NCBI GenBank assembly: GCA_047600485.1
Contig: JASGKS010000001.1
Location: 6,976,259 to 7,040,258, forward strand
From: Archangium sp.
Lineage (GTDB): Bacteria; Myxococcota; Myxococcia; Myxococcales; Myxococcaceae
DNA length: 64,000 nt
Direction of reading: 5' to 3'
The notes below the pieces were generated by a model, which did no database searches, was not told the origin of the DNA, and saw only the letters and a list, made by a program, of their open reading frames with translations. The stretch's first letter is position 1. Each line of letters begins with the position of its first letter. Shown piece by piece: positions 45,760 to 55,475 of the stretch. The position numbers and the translations under genes were made by a program.

Positions 45760-47039
45760 AGACGCGTGGCCTGTTCGCCGTGCTCAGTGCGTTGGCGTGG
45801 TCTGCGTGTGGTCCGACTCCGACTCCTCCGAGTGATGCCGGTGTCGATGCGGGAGTCGTCGATGCGGGCACCGACGGCGGTTCGATGGACTTCGACGCCG
45901 GCGTCTGGGACGGCGGCCTGCTGCAATTGAACGACGTCTCGGTGCTCTTCCCGCTCGCTTCGAGCGCGACCGAGCTCTCGACTTCGAGCTTGAAGCCCAC
46001 GGCGATCGGCTCGCGCGGCATGTTGTTTCCGCAGGCCACGTACGACGCGGTCGGGCACATCAGCGGCAGCTCCGGCAATCCTCCGCCGGGTGGAATCGGC
46101 GAAGCGCTCTACCCTGACCTGCACATCGTCGCGGTGCGCGTCGACCCGTGCTTCGCCGAGCTGAACCCCGACCCGCATTCCACGACGTGTGAGAACCAGC
46201 TGCGGTTGATCATTCAGGAAGTGAAGGCCACCGGAGGAACCGGCAACGGCTTCGACTCCGCGATGCACGTCTTCTACCGGCTCAACCGCGCCGAGGTGCT
46301 CGCGTTCGCGCGCGGCGTGGCGATGCTGCGTGAAGCGAACGCGCCGGGGCAACGGCTCGGCAAGCTCGCTCCGCATCCGGTGATGGTGACGCAGGGCCTC
46401 GGCGGAGCGATGGCGAGCGGCGTGCGCGCGTTGATTCTCCGTTACGCCGGCGTGCAGAACTTGATGCGCGTCACGAAGCTGAGCGCGTCGACCGCCGGCT
46501 TCGGTTGGGACTTCTCGGGCTTCGACATCGCGCCCAACGGCACGCTCACCGCGATGGTGATTCCGTCGCTGGCGATGAACGCCACGTCGCAGTCGCTGTT
46601 CTCCGGCTTCAGCATCACCTCGCCCGAGGCGTTCTTCTCGCCGAGCACCACCAGCGCCGACGACTTCACGCGGCTCTCGAGCTCGATGTCGGCCGGCATG
46701 CTCACCATGCAGGAGCGGGCCACGGCGTTCGACGCGCTCATTCGCGTGAATCACCCCGCGCGCAATTCACCGAACACCATCGACTGCGCGAGCTGTCACT
46801 TCGCGACGCCGACCTCGGTGCTCATCGCGAAGGCGAAGTACTCACTCGACGAAGCGACGACCGCGGGCGTGTTCACCGTGACCGGCCCCGCGGTGTTGCC
46901 GACGGAGCTCGTGCCGACCTTCCAGACGACCGGCGGCTTCAACGTGCACGCGTTCAGCTACTTCGACGCCGAGCCGGGCATCAACCAACGCGTGGTGAAC
47001 GAGTCGGCTGCGGTGGTCGAGTTCCTCAATTCACCGTGA
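45756..47039 (+). CDS. Secreted protein, unknown function (single CxxCH motif)
   Basis: TTG start overlapping the upstream stop (TTGA). Signal peptide LFAVLSALAWSAC. Contains IDCASCHF (CxxCH). Confidence 0.45.
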   Translation: MKTRGLFAVLSALAWSACGPTPTPPSDAGVDAGVVDAGTDGGSMDFDAGVWDGGLLQLNDVSVLFPLASSATELSTSSLKPTAIGSRGMLFPQATYDAVGHISGSSGNPPPGGIGEALYPDLHIVAVRVDPCFAELNPDPHSTTCENQLRLIIQEVKATGGTGNGFDSAMHVFYRLNRAEVLAFARGVAMLREANAPGQRLGKLAPHPVMVTQGLGGAMASGVRALILRYAGVQNLMRVTKLSASTAGFGWDFSGFDIAPNGTLTAMVIPSLAMNATSQSLFSGFSITSPEAFFSPSTTSADDFTRLSSSMSAGMLTMQERATAFDALIRVNHPARNSPNTIDCASCHFATPTSVLIAKAKYSLDEATTAGVFTVTGPAVLPTELVPTFQTTGGFNVHAFSYFDAEPGINQRVVNESAAVVEFLNSP

Positions 47040-47502
47040 GCGCGAGCGTCAGCGGCTCTTTCTGAATCAGACACTTCTCGGCGCTGCACACGCTGAACGC
47101 GATGATGCCGTCGAGCTTCGCGGCGCCCGCTTCCTGCGCGGTAAAGGGCAGCTCGAATTCGGCGGCGCACGAGTCTTCGGCCTTCTCGGCGCACGGAGTC
47201 TTCTTCGACGCCGTCAACGGCACACGGTCGCCCGAGAACTTCACGGTGCTCGACGGCGTGACCTTGAACGCCACCGGGTAATCGGGGTTCACGTGGAACC
47301 CGTCTTTCGCGGCGACGTTGATCAACGCTGAACCGCCCTGCCCCGCAGCGACCGCGCCCTTCGCGGCGATGGAAAGCGAGAACGGGTTCGCAGCCGCGCT
47401 GACGGTGTCGGCCGGAGGAGGAACAGCGGCCGGCTCGTCCTTCTTGCAGCCGACGAGCACCACTCCGAGCACGAGGCTCAGTTCGAGTATTTGACGCCGC
47501 AT
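47026..47502 (-). CDS. Lipoprotein, unknown function
   Basis: Lipobox VVLVGC. Confidence 0.5.
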   Translation of the reverse strand: MRRQILELSLVLGVVLVGCKKDEPAAVPPPADTVSAAANPFSLSIAAKGAVAAGQGGSALINVAAKDGFHVNPDYPVAFKVTPSSTVKFSGDRVPLTASKKTPCAEKAEDSCAAEFELPFTAQEAGAAKLDGIIAFSVCSAEKCLIQKEPLTLALTVN

Positions 47503-48074
47503 CCGTACGCTTTCGTGTCGTTGGTCTTCACTGCGCGCTTCGCCGCGAGATCCTCGAGCGCCGCGTCGACGTAGTTGATCAGCACTCCGCCCTGCGGCGA
47601 CTGGCCTTCACCGTCGGGCGAGTTGTCGATGGCGCCGCGGTACACGAGGTTGCCGCTCGCATCGACGATGAAGAGGTGAGGCGTGTTGGTCGCGCCGTAC
47701 GCCTTGCCGACCGTGCCCGACTCGTCGAGCAACACCGGGTTCTCCATCGCGAACGTCTTCACGCCCGCCTTGCTCTTCTCGGCGCCGGCGCCCTGCTTGC
47801 CCGCTCCGCCGGAGTTGATGGACAGCCACACGATGCCCTTCGCCTGCTGCTTCTTCGCGGTGTCGACCAGCGAGCCCTTGCCGTGCGACGCCTTCACGAA
47901 CGGGCACTCGGGGTTGAACCACTCGAGCACCACCGTCTTGCCCTTGAACGAGCTCAACGAGACTTCCTTGCCGTCGAGGTCCTTCAGCTTGAAGTCAGGA
48001 GCGGGCTTCCCGAGGTCGGCTCCAGCGAACGCAGGAGCAGCGACCAGCATCACCAGCGAGAGCAGTGTCTTCAT
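47478..48074 (-). CDS. Thioredoxin-fold redoxin (TlpA/peroxiredoxin-like), periplasmic
   Basis: Signal peptide. PAPDFKLKDLDGKEVSLSSFKGKTVVLEWFNPECPFV is a redoxin-type motif. Confidence 0.7.
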   Translation of the reverse strand: MKTLLSLVMLVAAPAFAGADLGKPAPDFKLKDLDGKEVSLSSFKGKTVVLEWFNPECPFVKASHGKGSLVDTAKKQQAKGIVWLSINSGGAGKQGAGAEKSKAGVKTFAMENPVLLDESGTVGKAYGATNTPHLFIVDASGNLVYRGAIDNSPDGEGQSPQGGVLINYVDAALEDLAAKRAVKTNDTKAYGCGVKYSN

Positions 48075-48092
48075 GAGCGACCTCCTACCACG

Positions 48093-48171
48093 CTCAGTTG
48101 AGGTGATCTCCGCGTCGACTCCACCGGCATGAAGCCACTGCGCTCATGGAGTCGCCGCGGCATCACCTCAA
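48093..48171. promoter_or_regulatory. Long-range 13-bp inverted repeat (cagttgaggtgat ... atcacctcaactg) in intergenic region
   Basis: Perfect 13-bp arms separated by about 53 nt, between the TPR/rhomboid gene stop and the redoxin gene start. Followed by the small hairpin gagcttcgggtaacaagctc. Confidence 0.5.
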
Positions 48172-48191
48172 CTGAGCTTCGGGTAACAAGC

Positions 48192-49844
48192 TCAGCGCGG
48201 GAGCGCCTTCTTCGCTTCCTCTGGAAGCAACGGCCACAGCACCGCGCGTTTCGCCTCGGTCTCACGACCCTCGAGCACCGCGAGGTCCTTCGTCGCCGCG
48301 AACAGCGCGACCTTCGCTTCGATCGACTTCGGGTCCTTCGCGATCATCTCGCGCGCGGGAGCCTCATCGCCCTCACGCACCGAGCACAGGGCTCGCAACG
48401 CACTCGGCAGCTCCGACGAGTCACCCTCGACGAGTTTGCGCGCTGACTCGCAATCACCGCGACCGACCATCCACAGGGCGCGGAAGCTGCGCTTGATGGG
48501 CGACGAGCCCACGAGGGTCGGACACGCCTGCGACTCGAAGTCACCTTCCATGCTCGCGGTGAGACACGACAGCGACGCGCTCGGCTCTTCCTTGAGCTGC
48601 GCCTTCGCGTCGGCGTAGCGGCCCAGGTCGAGGAGCAGCAACACGTAGTCGTCGCTCCACAGCCGCGGTTCCTTCTTCGCGGCGATCGACAACGGCTCGA
48701 CGGCGTCTTCGTCTCGTTCCTGGCGCATCAACCCGTGCGCGAGCAGGCCCTTCGAAATCGCCCAGCTCGGGTGTTCCTTCTGCATGTCCTTCTCGAACGC
48801 CTCGAGGCCCTGGTCGTCCTTCAGCGCGACGAGCGTGTCCATCTTCAGGCGGAGCAGCCGCTCATCTGACGCGTCGTCTTTCAGCGCCTCGTTGAGCACC
48901 ACCAGCGCGCGGTCAGCGTGACCCGTCGAGGTGTACAGCACGCTCACCAGGCCCGGCTGCGCGGTCTTCTTCTCGGGCAGCAACGCGACGCCTTCTTCGG
49001 TGCGGTTCGATTCGATCAACGCCTGCGCACGGAGCAGCGGGTAGAGCTCGTCCTTGCTCAGGTCCTTCCCGTCGGTGAGCGCGATGATCTTCGCCCAGTC
49101 GTTCGCGCCGTACGCGTTGATCAACGCGACGCGATCGATCCACCCGTCGTGAATCTTCGGCAGCGGCCGCAACGACGCGGCAATCAACAGCGCGCTCACG
49201 AACAACGCGACGGGCAGGCGATTGCGACCACCAGGCACCATGCCCGAGGTGATGGCGAGCCCGAGCACGAGGCCCGCGATGGGCGAAATCCAATCGGCGC
49301 CGATGACGGGCATCAACGCCAGCCACGAAATCGTCGTCGCGATGCTGCGCTTCTGCGCGGGGTCGTTCCACAGCGCGCGCCAGCTGCCGTAGCGGAACCA
49401 TTGCAGCGTGTAGATGCCGCCCATGATGACGAACAGCGGCGCGCCGAGCCCGAGGAACACGCCGTCGCGCACGATGCTCACCGTCGCGACCGTCGCCATG
49501 CCACCGACGATGAACAGCAACGCGAAGCGCAGCGAGCCCATCACGCGCTCGAACGACGTCGCGAGGCTGAAGCCCATGAAGATGTTCCACACCAACAGCA
49601 TCGGGCTGTTGTGCACGAAGCTCGCGGTGAAGAGCCGCCACCACTCGCCCGACCACAGCCCCGCGCGATTGGCCGCGCCGTGCGCGATGGCGTTGTTGAG
49701 GTCGCTCGCGTCGCCAGACTTCATCATCGCGAGGAACGTCACGCCCGCCGCGACGAAGGTGAGCATCGTCAACGGAGCGCCCACCACCATCGACATCAGC
49801 CGATTGCCCTGCCCGCCGCTCTCGTCGTCGTGTTCGTCGCTCAC
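48192..49844 (-). CDS. Rhomboid-like membrane protein (apparently lacking catalytic Ser/His) fused to C-terminal TPR-like domain
   Basis: Rhomboid TM2 signature WRLFTASFVHNSPMLLVWNIFMGF. Where GlpG has GLSG this protein has FLGLGAPLF. Where GlpG has the catalytic His this protein has ADWISPIAGL. The C-terminal roughly 300 aa are helical-repeat (TPR-like) rich in A/L/K/E. Confidence 0.6.
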   Translation of the reverse strand: MSDEHDDESGGQGNRLMSMVVGAPLTMLTFVAAGVTFLAMMKSGDASDLNNAIAHGAANRAGLWSGEWWRLFTASFVHNSPMLLVWNIFMGFSLATSFERVMGSLRFALLFIVGGMATVATVSIVRDGVFLGLGAPLFVIMGGIYTLQWFRYGSWRALWNDPAQKRSIATTISWLALMPVIGADWISPIAGLVLGLAITSGMVPGGRNRLPVALFVSALLIAASLRPLPKIHDGWIDRVALINAYGANDWAKIIALTDGKDLSKDELYPLLRAQALIESNRTEEGVALLPEKKTAQPGLVSVLYTSTGHADRALVVLNEALKDDASDERLLRLKMDTLVALKDDQGLEAFEKDMQKEHPSWAISKGLLAHGLMRQERDEDAVEPLSIAAKKEPRLWSDDYVLLLLDLGRYADAKAQLKEEPSASLSCLTASMEGDFESQACPTLVGSSPIKRSFRALWMVGRGDCESARKLVEGDSSELPSALRALCSVREGDEAPAREMIAKDPKSIEAKVALFAATKDLAVLEGRETEAKRAVLWPLLPEEAKKALPR

Positions 49845-49845
49845 G

Positions 49846-50271
49846 TCACGTCCCCAGGTAATGAAGTGCCAGCGCGCGTCGATGCGCCGCGTGGCGGTGC
49901 TCGAACACGTAGACCGCTTGCCATGTTCCGAGCTGCAGCGCGCCGCCTCGCACGGGAATCGAGAGCTGCGTCTGCGTCAGCGCCGCGCGCACGTGGGCCG
50001 GCATGTCGTCGGGCCCTTCGTCGTCGTGCGTGAAGCGTGCGTCGCCGTCGGGCACGAGCTCGGAGAAGAAGCGCTCCAGGTCGACGCGCACCGCGGGGTC
50101 GGCGTTCTCCTGCACCAGCAGACTCGCCGACGTGTGGCGGATGAAGAGTGTCAGCAGCCCATCGACCGCGTTCTCGGAGCGCAGAAACTCACGCAGCGCC
50201 GCCGTGACGTCGAAGAAGCCGCGCCCTCGTGTGGCGACCGTCAGCTCGTGCTGTGCCTGACGCAGCGTCAT
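49846..50271 (-). CDS. YjbQ/UPF0047 family protein (secondary thiamine-phosphate synthase-like)
   Basis: MTLRQAQHELTVATRGRGFFDVT...LLTLFIRHTSASLLVQENADPAVRVDLERFF...HVRAALTQTQLSIPV is the conserved YjbQ fold sequence. Start at the internal Met; the upstream 64 aa of the tracked ORF are Arg-rich, non-coding-like. Confidence 0.8.
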   Translation of the reverse strand: MTLRQAQHELTVATRGRGFFDVTAALREFLRSENAVDGLLTLFIRHTSASLLVQENADPAVRVDLERFFSELVPDGDARFTHDDEGPDDMPAHVRAALTQTQLSIPVRGGALQLGTWQAVYVFEHRHAAHRRALALHYLGT

Positions 50272-50800
50272 CGAGCGGTGGACTATGACATGAGCGCCGT
50301 GAGAGCCACGTCGTCGAGACGCGGGGCGATGCCTGTGACGCACCGCTGTCCCATGGGGCACGCCGCTCGCTGAGCGCGCCAACTGTTTGATGCGTCTGAG
50401 CGATTGACCGGCCGTGCGCGAGGGCTTTGCGACGGCACCGCGTTTGCTCAGTGGCGGCGGCATGCGCGCACTCTTCCTGGGTCTACTGATGGTGTGGTCG
50501 TCCGGCTGTGTTCCCGTGCTGGCCTTCGCGCTCGCACCTGCGGGAGAGGCGCAGCGGCGGCGAGAGTGGCGAGCGCGCGAAGCGGCCTACCGCGCGCAGT
50601 TGACCATCGACGCGGCGGCAGCTCGAAAGCACTACAACGAGACGGTGCGTGACGCGCCCGAGGTGGCGCTCGCGACGCCCGCTCCCGCAGAAAGCCTCAG
50701 CCCGCCGCCGTTGCCCGTGCAGGACCCGCCGCGGAAGCCGCTCGCTCCGCTCCCGTGCGCGACACGTTGATCAGCAGGCAAGCTTGCTGGGGGAAACAGC

Positions 50801-52249
50801 TCAGGGCACCGCTGCCACGTCGACGACCGCGCGGAACAAAATCTCGAGCCCGCGGTGCACGTTCTTCACGCTCACGCGCTCGTTCTTGCCGTGGAACGTG
50901 GCGAGCTCGTCAGCGGTGACTTCGAACGGCACGAAGCCGTACGCCCGCGTGCCCTTGCCGCGCGCGAGAATCGAATCGGTGAAGCCCGGAGAAATGACGG
51001 GACCCGCGACCGCGTTGGGGTGACCCATCACCGCGTAGCGCGCGAGCGCGTCGAAGAACGGGTCGTCCATCTCGCTCACCGCGGCCTCGAAGCTCTGCAC
51101 CACCTCGAACTTGATGCCCGGCACGTCTTTCACCAGCGCCTCGAGCTCGTCCTGCAGCGCCTTGGGCGTCGTGCCCGGCAACAACCGGCAATCGAGAATC
51201 GCCGACGTCGACGAGGGAATGACGTTGGGCGCGCTGCCCTTTCCATCGAAGCCCGTCACCTGACACGTATCGGTGATGCCCGCGCGCGTGGTCGGCTTGG
51301 CCAGCAGCTTCTTGGTGGCGAACGAATCGACGAGTGACGGCCGCTGCATCACGAAGCCGTTCAGCCCGCCGTTCTTCTCTCCGGCTCTCCGGAGCATTTC
51401 GTAGAGAGCAGGCTGAATTTTCGGTTTGGCCTGACGGGCGGCGAGTTTTTCGAGCGCCTGCACCAGCCGCGTCGGAGCGCGATTGTCGGTCGGCGTGCTG
51501 CCGTGACCGGCTTCACCTTCGGCGGTGACGCGCAGCCAGAGCACTCCTTTTTCACCGACGGAAATGGCGAACGAGGTCTGCCCTTCCTGCAGCAGGTCCT
51601 TCACGCCCATGCCGCCTTCGTTGACGAGGTGACCGCAGTCGATGGTCTTCCACAGCTCGTCACCGACGATGAGCTTCATGCCGCCTTCGGCCACTTCTTC
51701 ATCGGCGACGGCGAGCAAGATGACGTCGCGACGCAATGGTACTTTTTTTCGGGCGAGCCACCGGAAGGTCTGCAGCTCGAGCGTGCCCATGCCCTTCATG
51801 TCGAGCGCGCCGCGGCCCCATATTTGGTCGTCCTTGATGACTCCCGACAGCGGCTGCGCGTCGGCTTCCCAGGTGTTGGCTTCGGCGGGCACCACGTCGA
51901 TGTGCGAGAGCAGACACAGCGGCTTCTCGCCGTCGGGTTTGGTGGCCTTCAGCCGCGCGATGAGCGAGCCGCGCCCCGGAGCGAACTCGTGAATCTCGGC
52001 GTCGATGGAGTCCTTCGCGAGCTCGGCTTTGAGGAACTCCGCGCCGAGCGTCTCGTTGCCGGGCGGGTTCATGGTGTCGAGGCGGAGGTACGACTGCAGC
52101 ACGCCGACCGCTTCGTCACCCGCGGCCTTCCAGTCCATCTCGTCGCCGTATTTGTTCAAGCCCGCAGGCGCGTCGTGCAACGCGCGCGGAGTGGTGGCGC
52201 ACGAGCACGCGCAGAGAACGTTCGCGAACACCAGAATGCAGAGGCGCAT
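50801..52249 (-). CDS. M20 family metallopeptidase (ArgE/DapE/CPG2-like), exported lipoprotein
   Basis: Lipobox VLCACS. Metal-binding motifs LLSHIDVVP, GRGALDMKG, VADEEVAEGG. Confidence 0.8.
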   Translation of the reverse strand: MRLCILVFANVLCACSCATTPRALHDAPAGLNKYGDEMDWKAAGDEAVGVLQSYLRLDTMNPPGNETLGAEFLKAELAKDSIDAEIHEFAPGRGSLIARLKATKPDGEKPLCLLSHIDVVPAEANTWEADAQPLSGVIKDDQIWGRGALDMKGMGTLELQTFRWLARKKVPLRRDVILLAVADEEVAEGGMKLIVGDELWKTIDCGHLVNEGGMGVKDLLQEGQTSFAISVGEKGVLWLRVTAEGEAGHGSTPTDNRAPTRLVQALEKLAARQAKPKIQPALYEMLRRAGEKNGGLNGFVMQRPSLVDSFATKKLLAKPTTRAGITDTCQVTGFDGKGSAPNVIPSSTSAILDCRLLPGTTPKALQDELEALVKDVPGIKFEVVQSFEAAVSEMDDPFFDALARYAVMGHPNAVAGPVISPGFTDSILARGKGTRAYGFVPFEVTADELATFHGKNERVSVKNVHRGLEILFRAVVDVAAVP

Positions 52250-52329
52250 GGAGGGCCTGTTAGCCGTTCGCGCTCCAGTTGCCGAGTGCGGTTCAGCGCG
52301 ACACAGTGCGAACTCACTTGAGCGACACG

Positions 52330-53109
52330 ATGTTGACGCCCACACAGCAAATTCTCGCAGGGCTCGCGGGGCTGCTCGGCGGAACGCTCTCGGGCTTCTT
52401 CGGAGTGGGCGGCAACGTCGTCTTGATTCCGCTGCTCAGCCTCACGCTGGGCCTCAACCAACATCAGGCGCAGGGCATGACGCTCGCGGCGCTGCTGCCG
52501 CCGCTCGGGTTGCCCGCGGTGTGGCAGTACCGCAAGGCCGGCGTGCCCCTCTCGTGGAAGGTGGTCGCCGCGGCGTGCGTGGGGTTCATGGTCGCCATTC
52601 CCCTCGGCAGCGCGCTCGCCAACGTGCTGTCGGCCATGGCGCTGCGACTCATCTTCGCGGTGTTGTTGTTCGCCACCGCGGTGCGCACCTTTCGCGCGCC
52701 GAAAGAAGAGACGAGCGACGAACATTCGGAAATTCCGCCGCGCTTCGTGAGCGTCTCGGTGCTCGCTGGTTTCGCGGGCGGGCTCGGGAGCGGCTTGCTC
52801 GGCATCGGAGGCGCCATTCTCGTCATTCCGCTGCTGCGTCGCTTCTTGAAGATGTCGCAGAAGCAGGCGCAGCTGACGTCGTTGGCGATGTTGCTCCCGC
52901 CGATCGCGCTGCCCGGCGTGCTCGTCTACGCGCAGGCGCAGGAAGCGATGCCCTGGAGCGCGCTCGTCCCCATCGCGTGTGGCTTTCTCGTGGGCGCCTT
53001 CATCGGCGCGAGCCTGACCCGCGTGGTGAGCGCCGCGCGACTGCAGCGCGGCTTCGCGGTGGTGCTGCTCACAGCGTCAGCGTCGCTCATCTTCGCGGCG
53101 CTGCGCTGA
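52330..53109 (+). CDS. TauE/SafE (TSUP, DUF81) family sulfite/anion exporter
   Basis: Two-fold repeated 4-TM architecture with GGLGSGLLGIGGAILVIPLL motifs. Confidence 0.8.
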   Translation: MLTPTQQILAGLAGLLGGTLSGFFGVGGNVVLIPLLSLTLGLNQHQAQGMTLAALLPPLGLPAVWQYRKAGVPLSWKVVAAACVGFMVAIPLGSALANVLSAMALRLIFAVLLFATAVRTFRAPKEETSDEHSEIPPRFVSVSVLAGFAGGLGSGLLGIGGAILVIPLLRRFLKMSQKQAQLTSLAMLLPPIALPGVLVYAQAQEAMPWSALVPIACGFLVGAFIGASLTRVVSAARLQRGFAVVLLTASASLIFAALR

Positions 53110-53126
53110 CGGGAAATCGCCTTCGC

Positions 53127-55475
53127 TCACTGCACTTCGAAGATGAGGTGCGCGTTGCCGGAGCCCGCCGCGTCGTAGCCCTTCACGATGATGAAGGTCT
53201 GCAGCGGAGTGGTGCCGGCGCTGTTGTCGACGATGATGGACTCGATTTCGCCGCCCGAGCCATCGTCGACGCAGTCGGAGGCCACGGTGCCAGCGCACGT
53301 CGGCTGCATGTCGATGAGCACGAGGTCGGTGGTGTCGAAGCCCACGCCGATGACCTGCAACATCTGCATCGGCGGAATCGTCACGTCGTACACGACGTCG
53401 TTGCCGGTGGGCGGGCTGCACGTCGCGCTCACGTCGATGGCGTTGTAGTCGGCCATCGCCACGGCGAGGTCGACCTGACGCGTCGCGACGCCGTTGGTGA
53501 AGGTGATGACGTCCGCTCCGGTGCACACGTCGTTGCTCGCGGTGGTCTGCACCGCGCTGGTGCTGAGCTCGATGCCGAACTGCGTGTTGATGGGGTCGTA
53601 GGCGCCGAGCACCACGAAGTACGTGCCTGCGGCGAGGTTGCCGACGAAGACCGTCTCGTTGCCCGAACCCAGGTCGGAGCACGAGAGCGACGTGCCGGTG
53701 TCGCACGGGTCTCCGCGCAGCTCGAGCGCGGGGTCGGAACCGTTCACCGACGTGGCGGTGACCACCACGCGCTGCGGAGTGGCGAGCGTGAATTGATAGA
53801 CCGCGTCACCGCCGCTGTAGAACGAACAGGCGATGGAATAGTCCTGCACGGCCGCGGCGAGGTCGATCATCTGGCTGGTGTTGGAGACGAGCGTCGCGGG
53901 CGAAGCGCAGGTGTCGTTCGCCGGAGGGAACACGGGCGCGTCGAGCGCGAGGCTGAGCCCGAAGTTGCCTGCGGCCGGGCGGTACGCCTGGAGAATCACG
54001 AAGTACGTGCCCGCCGGGAGATTGTTGACGGTGATGACTTCGGGCGAGCTGATCTCTTCGTCCTTGCAATCGATTTCACCCGTGTCCATGTCGCACGGCA
54101 TCGCGCGCAACGAGATGACGGCGTCCGAGCCGCTCATGCTGGTCGCGGTGATGATCGCCTTCTGCGGCATGGTGGTGGTGAACGTGTAGACGACGTCTCC
54201 ACCGGTCGCGTTCGACTGACACGACAGGTCGTAGTCACGCGCGCCGGTGTTCGCGTCCACCGACTGCGTCATCGCCGGCACCAGCGTGGTGGGCATGGTG
54301 CACGAGTCGTTCATCGGCGGAGGCGGCGGCGTGGTCGTGACCACGTTCAGCTGGAACGCTCCGCTCGACGCGCCCGTCGACGAGCTGTCGCCATCGACGA
54401 CGATGAACCAGGTGCCCGCGGGCACTCGACGCGCGATGGCGGACGCTGGCGTGTCCGAATCACAACTCAGCTCGTTGCCCATGCCTCCGGCGCACGCGGC
54501 GAGCAGCGACACCGCGGGCGAGAACGAGCCCATCGGCGTCACCGTCACCAGGATGTCCTGCTCCGCGGTGGTGGTGAATGAATAGAAGACGTCCGGCTGA
54601 CGGCCCGACTGGAAGCTGCAGCTGAGCTCTGCGTTGCCGTTGTCGTTGACGGCGCCGACGGTGGTGCCCATCACGCTGCCCATGCCGTTGGTGAGCGGAA
54701 TGACTTGCGCCGAAGCGCAGGTGTCGTTCGCGGGGCCCGGCACCGCGTCGCGCAGATCGAAGGTGAGGTCGACCTGCCCCGGCACGTCGGAGCTGCTGTA
54801 GTTCTCGACGAGCACGTACCAGGTGCCAGCGCCGAGTCGATCGATGGACAGCGTCTCGGTGGTGCCGCCGGTGTCGACGCACGAGACCTCATTCATGTCG
54901 GCGCACGGCGCGGAAACGAGCGTGAGCGTGAGGTCCTGATCAGTCGTCGCCGACGTATCGGTCGCGGTGATGGTGACGCCCTTCTCGGTCGGAATGGTGA
55001 ACGAGAGGATCAAGTCAGCGCCGTCGCTCGTGCCGCTCGAGCACGACGAGCGGTACTCGTTGCTCGCCGAGCCGAGATCGACCTGCGCCGTCGCGCTGGT
55101 GCCACCGTCGAAGTCGACCGCGATGGCCTTGCCGCAGATTTCTCCGGGAATGAAGACGCCGCCGTCATCGAGCGGATCGACGCCCGCGTCGAACGCACCG
55201 CCACCACCGCCCGTCGCACCGCCACCGCCCGTCGCGCCGCCGCCGCCGGTCGTGCCACCACCGCCGGTCGCGCCACCGCCGGTCGCTCCACCGCCACCAG
55301 TGCCGCCACCACCGCCGGTGCTCAAGATTTCGCACAGCCCGGTGTTGCTGTTGCAGACCGAGCCGGCGGAACAGCCCGTGCTCTTGCACGACGTCTTGCT
55401 CGGAGAGCCACACGCCGACAACACGAGCGCGAGCACTGCCACCGCGAGGAAACTCAACGCGAACGAACGATTCAT
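53127..55475 (-). CDS. Secreted protein with (ATGGG)n linker and 5 tandem pre-peptidase C-terminal (PPC)-like domains
   Basis: Signal peptide. GGGGTGGGGATGGG repeats. Five roughly 115-aa modules each with a Cys pair, D.(V/F)Y.F(T) ... AGTY(F/W)V(V/I) pattern. Confidence 0.55.
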   Translation of the reverse strand: MNRSFALSFLAVAVLALVLSACGSPSKTSCKSTGCSAGSVCNSNTGLCEILSTGGGGGTGGGGATGGGATGGGGTTGGGGATGGGGATGGGGGAFDAGVDPLDDGGVFIPGEICGKAIAVDFDGGTSATAQVDLGSASNEYRSSCSSGTSDGADLILSFTIPTEKGVTITATDTSATTDQDLTLTLVSAPCADMNEVSCVDTGGTTETLSIDRLGAGTWYVLVENYSSSDVPGQVDLTFDLRDAVPGPANDTCASAQVIPLTNGMGSVMGTTVGAVNDNGNAELSCSFQSGRQPDVFYSFTTTAEQDILVTVTPMGSFSPAVSLLAACAGGMGNELSCDSDTPASAIARRVPAGTWFIVVDGDSSSTGASSGAFQLNVVTTTPPPPPMNDSCTMPTTLVPAMTQSVDANTGARDYDLSCQSNATGGDVVYTFTTTMPQKAIITATSMSGSDAVISLRAMPCDMDTGEIDCKDEEISSPEVITVNNLPAGTYFVILQAYRPAAGNFGLSLALDAPVFPPANDTCASPATLVSNTSQMIDLAAAVQDYSIACSFYSGGDAVYQFTLATPQRVVVTATSVNGSDPALELRGDPCDTGTSLSCSDLGSGNETVFVGNLAAGTYFVVLGAYDPINTQFGIELSTSAVQTTASNDVCTGADVITFTNGVATRQVDLAVAMADYNAIDVSATCSPPTGNDVVYDVTIPPMQMLQVIGVGFDTTDLVLIDMQPTCAGTVASDCVDDGSGGEIESIIVDNSAGTTPLQTFIIVKGYDAAGSGNAHLIFEVQ

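Noticed and set aside
50414-50770. 118-aa ORF between YjbQ and the M20 peptidase (possible small lipoprotein MRALFLGLLMVWSSGC...)
   Set aside because: Plausible but short and unsupported by any motif. It lies in a likely promoter region for divergent or neighbouring genes. Left uncalled.
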